A stretch of DNA of 64,000 nucleotides from NCBI GenBank assembly GCA_964252035.1, contig OZ176201.1; one strand, 5' to 3'. Below the pieces are notes generated by a model, which saw only the letters and a program-made list of their open reading frames with translations, ran no database searches and was not told where the DNA came from. This stretch comes from Podarcis erhardii. Its lineage: Eukaryota. Made by a program: the position numbers and the translations under genes. This document shows, piece after piece, positions 11,031-22,200 of this stretch. How positions within the stretch are numbered: the stretch's first letter is position 1; each line of letters begins with the position of its first letter.

Positions 11031-12249
11031 GGAGGAGGAGGAAGCGGGTGGGGAAGAGGAGATCTGACTGCCCAAGCTGCTGCTCGCCCAAGCCCTGCAT
11101 TCCTCTTTCCCCCACATTTTGCCCTGTCCTGTCCTGAGAAAGCTGCCCCCACCCCCCACCCCCCACCCCAAACCCTTCACTTGACAATCATTCCCAATGG
11201 GGGAGCTGCAGTGCTCAGATTTCCCTTCAGTACTCTGCAAGGATTCAGGTACCTGGATTTAGAGTCTGAGCTTTAGGCTGCTGCTCTTTTTCAAATAGAA
11301 TTCCATTCTGCACCAGCACTGAGTGACAGGGGCAGAATCACCACCCCCCTTCTCCATGCTGTGAAGCCATAGTGTCGCCATATGTCCAAAGGATTTGCCC
11401 GTGCCTCTTGTCACTTTTGTGCCAGCTGCAGCCAAAGAGGTGGAGCCCCAGAAATGTTACTTCCTAGCTGAAGGATCCCATATGTTAGTGGCTGTTGCAA
11501 AGCAGGCAGAGTTGACACTTGGTCTTACCTAGGAGGTCCGTTATCTGCCTCAGGTGTATGTGAATACTTGCTGCCTCGCCCTCTTGGGGCGATAGCTTTT
11601 CCCAATGCCAGGGTAGGGCTCCTTCTTGTGACTTCTTGCCTCCTTTGTGTTGTAACTACCAACTTTGGCTCCTTTCTGCCTTTCCTTCCTTGAGAAGGCA
11701 TCACAAGTGATTTCTGTGATCCAGGCCTGGCTCTGTCCTGCCTGTTAGTATGTATTTCCACTTTCAGTGATGGAAACTCACCTCCACGTAGACATGTGGC
11801 CCTAGTGAAATTGGGAAGAACCAAGTCAAAAAGAAAAAAGAAAAAGAAAGAGCTTTCTTTCCCCTCCCAAGACTTAGCCACTCCTTTCCTAGCGCTGGAA
11901 ACAGACTACCTCCAAGGTGTGTAGAGCCTTGTGCTATAAAGTTGCAACAGACCTCAAGCAAAGTAATTTTAAAATGCCATGGAGAACAGAGTTGTCACAG
12001 GATCCAGCCCTCTTCTCCACACCAGCAGAAGCTGCTTCTCCTCGCACCATGAGATGAACGTGTGATTCACTCCCCAGCCATACAACGCTGCGTTTGCTTG
12101 TAGCGCACAGCCCTGGGCTGGATGTGGCCCCAGAGCATCCCTACCAAAGAGTTATTATTTCTGATTTGCTCTAAGTGTGTTTCCCAGAACCGTGCTGTCC
12201 GGCTGGGAGTCTTCAATTCTTTGCCACCTTGGTGGTGCTTTGAATGCCT

Positions 12250-12255
12250 AATAAA
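12250..12255 (+). terminator. PDLIM7 long-isoform polyA signal
   Basis: AATAAA about 1.2 kb after the stop, followed by a T/GT-rich downstream element. Confidence 0.7.
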
Positions 12256-14549
12256 ATATGTCTTTAATTCTTTTGTCACATATGTGAGCTGTGCTGATTT
12301 CTTTAAAAGGGCAGTGTGTTTCTTTAAAAGGGCAGTGTGTGGTTCTACTGGAAGGGGGTGAAAAATGGGTGAAAAATACAGGTGCGGGTTATATGGTGTA
12401 ACAGACACTCTAGAAACTAATATTAGTCCTACTTGGGAAGAAGCAACCTGAGCCCTCCTTATTATGCTCAGAGAGGGAAAGCAAAAGGGAATAGTTTCAT
12501 GGAAATACTGTGCACGCAACTAAGGAACTCAGCATTGCTGAAACTCAATACGGTCTCTCTGTTGAAAAGTGACAGCTGCAGAACAACTTTCAGCCGAGTG
12601 GTAACTTTTCATTTCAGAAAATGCTAGCAACAGTGGTGCAGGGAAAGCTTATCACTGCCCAACTTAGCAGGAACTGCCTGTGATATCCTGTTGGCCGGGA
12701 GTTTGATTTCATACCTGTATTGCTACTGTAAATGTTTTAATGGAAAATCAGGCAGTCCGGGAGCAGATTGGGCGGTGTGGTGTGCAAGGCTGCCTCCAGC
12801 ATAAATAAGCAAAGCCCTTTTGCGGCAGTGGCTGTTTGCAGGTTAATGTGAGTGAAGGAGAGTATGGTCACAGTGGGCCTAAACAGAGGAAGGCATCTGC
12901 ATCGGCAAAACCATATATATGAAGCTTCATTGGTCTAAGTTAATGACTGGTCCCAAAGAACACGGCACCTGCTTTAGGGTAGCATAAAGATTGCCCAGAG
13001 ACCTGTTGGTGACTGAGAATGGCTTGAATTCAAGGACTCATTTTCAGAGATAAACACAGTTGGCAACTTGGAGAAGTATTTTGTGCACTTCCTTATTTGC
13101 AGCCTTGATGCAGCTTATGCCTGCTGTGTGGCTGTTTCTGTTTGGCCGGCTATTCCCCCGTGCAGCTTGTAGCATTTGTGCTTTCATTCCAGCTTCTGCT
13201 TTAGTGGTTACTGATCCTATATTTGGCGAGAAACTTCCTGGATGCTTGCAGTTCTTGTTGTAGGGAACTACTTGGTTTGTGCTTCCTGCTAGCTTTGATT
13301 TGTGTCTTGCAAGGGGGCGTATGTTACACTGTCTTTGGGGTCACTTGCTTTGTTTTATGCAGGGAGAATGGTTTTTCTTCTTACGGGGATGTGGGTGTTT
13401 TCCCTTTTTTTCTTAAATGGAACAGATTTTTCCAGAGAGGCAAAGCATCATCAAAGCCACAGGCTGGATGAATTCTTAAAGGCCATAATCACAAGGAACG
13501 TAATTAGCTGATAATCTATAAGCAGAGCTTTAGGACAGATGGAAACCCCAGCTTGACTCCATTCATAAATTGCTTCTTGAAAATAGGGAGGCCTTGTGGC
13601 ATGTCACGACCAGGATTTCTGTTTTGGGGAGAGGTTGCAGAGGCTTAAGCCTTTCCCATTGAATTTTGGGAGTGCCAGGCAAGTACTGGTAGACAGTGAC
13701 AAAAGCAACAGGGTTTATTCTGTTGTTGTTGTTGTTGTTATAGAAAGGCTTCTCTATCACCTAGACTAGGTCACCTCCACAGTAGCTCAAGTCTGAATTG
13801 CATTTCTGCTAGAAACCACTGTGGGCTTTGCTTTGAAGTGCCAGGTGACTGAGGAAAGAAATGCAGCGCTAAGAGGAAAAAAACACCTCACACTTGAAGA
13901 ATGTTGGCACCTACTTCATAAGGTGCTATGGTGGCCCAGATGCTGCCCACACTGTATGGGAGTGAGATTGCTTTTCCAGGCCACTTTCAGAGAAGACCTT
14001 AAAGTCAAGAGGCAAAGTGGGATCCAGAAATCCTTAAAGTGCTCCTCCGGATTCCCCAAAGAGCCATTTGAGTAGGGCTATAAAACAAGTGGTGGTGGTT
14101 AGGCTTGCTGAGAGGATGCTAAGTGTATATGAAGGTTCCAGACTGGCTTGTGTAGAGGCATCCTGGGTAGAATGAGATGTGCTTGAGATTACTACTACAA
14201 AACCATGAGGTTCTGTTTGGCTGGGTATTGTCAATCACTCAAAGTTTAGTCATGATTGCTATATAGCAAACAGTGTGCTAGCAACAAAATGGGATTTTTC
14301 ACACGGTGCCACCAAGTGTCTCCCCCCCCCCCCCAGATCACAAGAATGTGATCTGAACTGCAGTAGGCAGCAAGACTTCGCTTTCTATTGAAGTGCATGA
14401 GATGAGGATGAGTCAGTTCTGACTGATGCTACAATATCGATGCAACTGGAGGTTTGGTGTAGATCACTGATGCTGAGCCTGAGGCTGCATCCCAGCTCAG
14501 CCGGCACCTTAGTCATTTGAATTGCCAGCTCAGCTGCCAACCGTGTAAA

Positions 14550-16250
14550 GTTGCAATGAACGTGAGTGCCTCTGAGCGTGCGCAGAGTGCCCCTTTCTCT
14601 GGATCTCTCTGCGCTGCCGCAGCAACTCTGAGCTTTAAAAAGTGTGAGGGAACTTCTCCTCTGTGGAGCTCAGGTTTTTGTTGCAAAAACTTGGGCCCGA
14701 CGGCGCAGGTGCCTCAAGTTCTAACTTTCGGCTCTCCCCGTCCCCTCGGGCCGAATGTAAGCGGGAGCCGCCGTTGCACATACGTGGTGGTGCCTGAAGT
14801 GATCCAGCTCAAGATGGCTGATCCCAGGCAACCCACATGTGGACAAATCGAGAGGAGGTGGGCGGCGGCGGCGGCGGCGGCGCTGGAGAGGCGGCCGAGG
14901 GCGGGAGGGGGATGCTGAGCCGCGGCCGGCGCTAGGACCGGGTGCGCCAGCAGGCGGAGCCTCCTCGCCTCTCCGCGCCGCCCGGCTCCCTCCCTCGGCT
15001 GCTACTGCTGCAGTGTCTCCGAGGCAAGCAGGCAGGCGGCCTGTCTCCATCCGAGCGCGGCTCCCTCGCTGCCCCTCCGCCGACGTCCCGGAAAGCAGCA
15101 TCCCTCTCTCTCCGCCGCCGGCATGGCTGGCGTGAGCTTCGGCGCCAACCGCCTGGAGCTGCTGGCCTCGTACCAGGAGGTGATCGGCGAGGACAGCCCC
15201 ACCGACTGGTAAGCCCCCCCGGGGGAGCGGGCTCTTTGTCCCCGCGGTGGGGAGGGGGGCGCTGGCTGCTGTCTCTGCTTTGTGCAGGGGGGCGTGGGCG
15301 GCGTCTGCCTGCCCGCTTTTCTACGGGGAGTCACCAACACCCCCCGCCACCCTCCCGCTCCCCATAGAGGCGATCCAGGAGATTCCTCGCCTCCCGGACC
15401 TGGGACATGGCTGGGGGGCGGGGGGGGGGAGAAGCCATTAGCAACCCAAAATGGTGCATTGGCAACGCGCGGCCAGGCCCGGGATCTGGGGCGAGGCCTT
15501 TTTCTGTGGGGCGCAAGGAGGGCACAGCCCGAGGATGCTCCAGCAGCCTTTTCAGAGTCCGGGGCGGAGGGGGGATATTGAGCGGCGTCCCGCCCTGGAG
15601 CCCCACGGAGCTCTTTTGAGAAGGGGAGCAGTTCAGAGAAGTCCCGAAGGCGTTTTCCACCCCTAAAATTGGGGGGTCGGAGGCGCGCCCCAGCCCTGCG
15701 GGTGCCACCTTGGTTTCAGGACGCGCCCCCTTTCTTCCCCCCACCCTCCCGCAGTATCCTTCCCCGCACCCCATCCCCGGGCGCATCGCTTCGGATGCGG
15801 CGGGGGCGGGTCCGCGCGGTGCCTCTTCCACCTGCTCGTCCGTCCGCGGCGCCCTCCCGAGCCAGCCCGCGCCGTCCAGCTCGGCGCCCGGTGCCCATCT
15901 GTGCTTATCCCGCGCCTCCGGGTACCAGCCTCTCTTCCCCTCCAGTTTTGGGGTGAAAGTTATCTGGCAGAGACGCGCTACACAAAGGAAGGTGGGGCTG
16001 GCGAGGGGGAGGGGGAGGAGGGGGTCTGGAGGCTGGAGGGGAGGGGCTGGTGGGCTGTGAGGAGGAGAAGAGGAGGTGGGGTTGGAGGGGAGGAGAAGGA
16101 GAGAGGCAGAGAGGAGCCAAGGGGGCCCTCCGCAGGCAGCCATCCCCGCGCAAGGAGGAGGCGTCGAGGGCCCCCAAGTGCCGCATCCTTTTCTTTTGGG
16201 CTGCCGAGGCCTGGCTGTCCACAGGCCGCCTGTCTCTTTGGCAAAGGGGC
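14550..16250. promoter_or_regulatory. CpG island: DBN1 promoter, 5'UTR and exon 1
   Basis: Sharp rise in GC and CpG around the DBN1 ATG. Contains (GGC)7 at 14861-14881, GC boxes and a YY1-like CAAGATGGCT at 14810-14819. Boundaries approximate. Confidence 0.88.
15123..15208 (+). CDS. DBN1: DBN1 exon 1 (coding part)
   Basis: ATG in ggcATGG; [29 protein letters not shown]; donor TG|gtaagc. Confidence 0.95.
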
Positions 16251-19200
16251 TCTCCTTTCTCTTTGGAGCTGGTGGTGGCAGCGAAGGCCCATCCCTGCTC
16301 TCAGGGGCTCTTCCCAGAATAGACTTGGGGAATGTTTTCAGCACAACCCTTTATTTCCAATTTTCTGGGCCTGCTGCTATGGGGAAGCCTTGATTTGAAG
16401 GCTGCCTCCCAAGATGAAATGGGAGCCATCTCCTACAAAGCCCCAAACAATAGACATGTGCTCCATTTCTGCAGTCACCCAATTGTGTGGGGGGGTGTTG
16501 GGGGTTATTGTTAATGAGGCCTGCATACTTGGCGTTCCCAGCCAATGAACGTTCACACTTTGTGAGAAGCAGAAGGTTCTTGAGAGACTTCATGCGAGGT
16601 TCCTTTGCCTTCCTCATGCCTTGAGACTTCCCTGCAGGCGATGAAGCAGTCCACCCATGTCTGCAGCAATGGCCCAGACAACTGAAGGTTTCTCCCCGGT
16701 AGTTTAGTTTCTGGACCTTGTTTTCTGTTTGAAGCAGAATTGCACAGAGGGCTCGAGTGATGCTCCCTAAACATAAGATAGCAGGACTCAGTTGCCAGGA
16801 AGCACTTGCCACGTAGTCTCCTGTAAGATTAATTCACCCAGCAATTATGGAGCACTTAATCTGGTCCTTAATATGCACCACAAGGGGGACTAATTATTTA
16901 CAAGTGCTCAGACCTAGGTTCAAAACAGTGGCCACCTATAGCCTCTGTGGGATGCTTTTGAACAAGTCACTTTCTTTCAGCATCCGTTCCCCATGTGTAA
17001 AATGGGAATGGGAGACCGCCCATACCTTGTTATGCAGATGAGCTGGTTAAAGAATAATGGAAATCACTTTGTCCTGTACATGTGCTTGTGTGTGACTGAT
17101 AATAATTGGAGCCACTATAGGCTTCCTGGTTTGTTCCAGAGCAGCTCTTAGAAAATGCTTTTGCTTTTTAAAAACCTAACTGACAAGTACTTTATGCTTC
17201 TTAAAGAAACCAAGTCCATAGTGTGCTTGGAGAATTGTTGTTTTTCCCTTCTCCTTCCAGAGTTGCTAACCCAGAATTTGAATTCCTGTGAGATTTCTTC
17301 TGCCCTGATCCTCAATTTCTCAGTCTGCATTGACATGCAGTGTTTTCTCTCTCTGCAAATAGTTTCTTACATCTCCTGGGTCCACTTCATACTATCCCTA
17401 CCACACCCTGCCCTTTCTGTCTGCCAGGAGCTGTGCTCTCTGTATCGGCTGTTGTGGTTTTTCTCTTCCCACTCAGGTTGCTGAAAGCTCATTTGTCTCC
17501 GGAAGGCCAAAATGAAAAAAATGAAAAAGCGCCCTGTGGATGTGAAAGTGCTCTTCTCCCCGTGAGCCACCACTTTCACTGCCAAGGGCCGTTTCTGACC
17601 CCCTTCTTTGCTAACCTGGGGTGTGCAGGTGTGTGGCATCCTTCCGAGGCAAGGTCTTTTCAAACGCTAGTGGCCTTTGGGCGGCATAAACCTCCTGGTT
17701 CAGAAGCTGAAACCCATCACAACTGCTTTCCTTTCAGCCTCTCCTTTCACAATGGTGCTGGAGCTGCCCACATCAGCAGCACATAGATTACAGGGGGACA
17801 GAGGAAGGAGGCAGTGGTCCTGGTATGCCACTTACTAGCTCCATGTCAGCTTGTGGGGAGTCGTAGAGCTCGGTTGCTCTCTTTAGATAAAGCTTCATCA
17901 GTACTCTTACCTGCTGCAGCCTGACAATTTATAACCTTGCTAGTGCAAATGGAGTAAACTCTGCACTGCTATCAGTTTTCCTCCCCAGTGCTTTATTTTG
18001 CAGTTGCTTCTTTGTAGTTTGCTCTTCCCCACCCGGTTCCTCCTCTTCCTTCTAGGCCAGAAGGTCTCCAGCTGCTCCTCTTTGCTTGCTTCCTTCTCTT
18101 TCAAAGCCCAGGCACTTCAGACACCCCTCTCTTGTTTCCAGCTTGCAAGCCAGGCCTCTTGGTCTGTTCAGCTGGAGACGTATCCCACAGATGATACACA
18201 CACACGCAAACAGAAAGGAGTGTGGCTGGTTAGTGGGCACATAGTATGTGTGGTGTTTGTTGTAGAAAGTGGGACACACACACATGAGATGACAGTGTGG
18301 GTGGAGGGGTGCAGTTGTGTGCTCAGAAAGGCATGAATTTGAGAGGTGGGAGGATAGGTCACCCTCAAAGACAAAGGCAAACTAAGGAAGGCAGAGAGTG
18401 AAGAGGAAGTAATCTCCCCACTTTCAGACTTGAAAATGCCTAGAAGCAGGGGTCTGTCTTTCCTTCCTGCCCCCCCTCCCCACTGTAAAATTGTCAGTAT
18501 GTCAGGGATATATTTTTGGCCCTTCAGATGTTGTTGGACTACAACTCCCATCACCCCTGGCTATAATGGCAATGCTGGTTGAGGCAGATGAGATCTGGAG
18601 TCCAAAAATGTATGGAGGGCCATAGGAGTACAATAATGGTTTGGTTATCAATGATGGTGCATAGGAGATTATTGGGGATGATTGAGAAGGAAGAGCCAAG
18701 CAAAATTAGTAGCACCCATGCTGAGGCACCCGAATCTCCAGGACAATGGACTGTCATTGTGGGATGATAGACAGTGAGCGGCAGATGTCGGCCACAGGTG
18801 ATGGGAAATCAGTACTGCTGGCAGGGCCTCAAACGGGGGAGGGGGGATCTCTTGAATGGAAAATGGGGTCGCTTCTGCAGTGGTGTCTAGTGCTCTGAGT
18901 GGGCTGAGTGCTCTGGGTGTGCTAATGGATTTGTCTCCTGGGCAATGTTTTCTTGACTTAAGGAGAAGAGAGCACAAAGGGAATCCAGCCTGAGTGGAAC
19001 CTAGTGCCCCCTTGGTGAACTGCTCACCAGAGGGCTGCCCTCAACTCACCTGAATCTGATCCTTTCTGAAAAGATGGTGCCTGTCTGGCAATTGCCAGGA
19101 TGAGAATCTAGCCTTGCAGCCAATAAGATTCTGCGGAGTAAATGTCCCCAGCGGTTTAGCAGTTGGTCTACTAGCCTTTTATGTCTTATTTAGTCTCTAG

Positions 19201-22200
19201 CCCCAGTTTCTGAGCGGCTTGCAAAAGAGATATTCCGAGTGAGCAGAGAAAGGTTTAGAGGTTCAGCATATCTTGGATCCGAGTCAAAAAATATTCCTGC
19301 CAGGGAGCTCTATAGCAGTACTCTGATTTTAGTGCTCTGCCCTGTGTCAGTCTGAAGAGGAAGAAGCTAAACCACCCCCACCGCCTCCACAGATGCAGGA
19401 TATAAATTACTATGCTGCAAGCTGGCCAGAGACTAGATAGAGAATCTAGCCCCCTAACCAGCTTTGACTGTTCAGACTCACTGCACCCGCTAACTTTACA
19501 CCTCCCTTGTGAAAATATTACTAAAATCTCTCCTACTATGGATCCCAGATTCCCCCCTTCCTATAATTATCATTCCTTTTTGTGACTTTCCCTCTGCTCC
19601 ACTGTTGTGCGACCTATCTCTATTTTATCATATTTAGGCTATTTTATCCCATGCTTCCTCCAAAAAGCTTTCTGTGGCATCCTTGGTTTTCCTTCTCCAT
19701 TTTATCCTCATGACACAACCCTATAAAGTGGGTTAGAGAGAAGGTGGGGAGAAGGAGAAAGAGAGACTGGCCCAATGGCCTAGCTTAGTGGCTAGACAGG
19801 GATTCTAGTCCTGAGCTCCCTGGTCCTGTCCTGACCCAGGGAGTCAGTGTGGTGACCCCCGATGTTGCTGGACTTCTGCTGCCATCATTCCTGCCCATTG
19901 ATTGTGCTGGCCGAGTCTGACAAGAGTTGGAGCAATATCTGGGGAGGATCACGTCTGCTTCCCCTCCTCTGACCGCTACACTGAATTGGTTCTTACCTCC
20001 TACTGGAGTCTCTCTCTGCCTTCCTGGCACCTTGAAATAAATTTAAAAATCGTGTGCGTGCACTCGAAAACTTATATCCAGAACAAACTTAGTTGGTCTC
20101 TTTATTTTGACTGCGTCAGACCAACACGGCTACCTACCTGAATCTAGATTCCTGGCACCTTGTGTGTGTGTGTATTTTTGCAACTCAACTACCCTGCCAC
20201 CGGGATCCCGTCTCTGCTGGCTGGCCTTGCTGTGTCTGCTCCTGCTTCCTGCGCAGCAGAAGTGCTTGCATCAAGCTGGCCTTGGGAGAGAAAGGAAGTC
20301 CCTTCCGTCTGGTGTGGGGTTGAAGGGGCTTCCCACCCCCCTCCCATGCAATGTGCTCTTCCAAGGTGTTTTCTCTCTCGTTGTGGTTAGAGGTTGTCCC
20401 CACTTTGGGGGCCCAGGGCAGGCCTCTGATCCATTAGCTGTGCCCAGATCTCTCCGTGTGAAAATAATTGATGGCAAAGAGAAAGGGCAACTGCATCAGT
20501 GAGGGCCAGAGCAGAAGAAGGCTGAACTCTCAGCAGGAGAGGGTTGGGAAGGGTATTCAGTGGGACCAGGAGATGTGAGCTATGGAAGAGGGAAGGTTGG
20601 GCTGCCCTTTGGAGCAGGCCAAGTCACTGGGTGAGGTTTGGGAAGCCATGCAGCTGAGGAAATGTGTAGAGGGGACCACTGGGATTTGAGCCTAGAGTTG
20701 GGAGAACAGGATTTGAAGGGAACAAATATCAAAGGCAAACCTTGTGCAGTCGCCAGGGTCCCACTCCTGCTCTCTAAAGCATTGCAGTTGAACCCCCAGT
20801 ACCTTGTCCTTAAAACCGTCTTGCAAGTGGAGATTTCTGGCTGCCTTTGACTCTCTTTTCTGGCTCCCTCTGAGTCGCTTCTTCATTTCTGAGAGAGTTT
20901 CCCCCAGCTCCAGTGTGGCTTGAGCTCGCAAGAGCTGTGGCACGTGGGTGGTCTCTGTAGGTCTAGGGTGCAATGTATGGGGGCGGGGAGCTCTGCTGCT
21001 TTGGAGAATAAAAAATCTCCAGACCATCAAAGTGGCTAACTATGATCAGACTGTGCAGAGACATAGCATGAAAAAGCTCCGCCCTGCGTTTGCCCTGTAT
21101 GTAATTTCTAACAATTCAAAGCCATGCTGCTTCACTCTAAATGTGTTGTTGGGCCGAATAAGGCATAGGGACGACACATGGCATACGCACAGAGGCATGT
21201 TCCAGGATTCAGCTCTGGCACTTAAAAATGAAATCTGGGCTTGAACTTTAGCACAAAGGAAACCCTGCCCGGGCTTCTAGGAAATGGGGTGAAGGAGCCT
21301 GCTTATCCCTTCTTCTGGGTCATGTTCCCTGGCAGGAGCTGTGAGAGGCAGCTGGGGGTGAGGAGGTGGGGTGGGGCTGAACAATAACTTCTTTATGTGG
21401 GGAGCCCCACCCTGGTGGGCCAGCAGCTGTCAATGCACCAGTGCATGTGGTCTGAGAAATCCAGGCTCCAGAGAAATCCAGGGGGGCGGAGGAGGGGGGG
21501 GCACCTGGCCAGCTCCTGTAGCTCAAGGTCATTGGGGTGAGACAGCCTGCCTACCTTTGTGGGGAGCAGTAAATCCCCAGACAGGCAGCGCTTGCTTACT
21601 GGGCTGTGGGGCATCCATTCAATCACCTGGCAGGAGCGACTCCTGATTGAGAACCACCAAAAGTGCTGAACATGGCAGGAAAAAAAAAACAGCTGGTGGA
21701 GGAAGGACAAAGGCCTCTCTCCCTCTCTCTGCGCTGGGTGGGTGGGGTGGAAAGTGCTGGCTCGGCTCTGGCACTGCTGCTGCTGCTGCTGCCTCCCATC
21801 CACCTGTGACCTTCTACAGGACTGGCCCACCAGGGCGGTGGCAAAATAGCCAGCCCTTGAGGAAGCAGCCCCATCTGAATTGTGCTTTCTGGAATCGCCA
21901 GCTGTAGGGATGGCACATGTGGGCCTGCTTGGAAGCTGGCGCCCAGAGAGCTAGCAGGGAGGGGGGAGGTCCTGGGCTACGATGGGGGAAGTGTGTGTGG
22001 GGGGGAGTGCTTAGATGTGGACCTTGGATGAGAGGCAGCTGCCCACATTTTGGTTTTCCATTGCCTTGGGATTACATTAGCCCATGTGCTCTTTGTAAGG
22101 CATGCTCCCTGTTGCGCAGGTGTGGATTGCATTGGAGCGCAGACCTGCAGAGGCTGCGGCCTAATACTGGGGAATCCAGAGCAAGTTGCGCAGGAGGCGG

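Noticed and set aside
15331-16344. 337-aa and other long ORFs on both strands in the CpG island
   Set aside because: Stop-poor GC-rich sequence giving low-complexity Pro/Gly/Arg/Ala translations with no recognisable domain.
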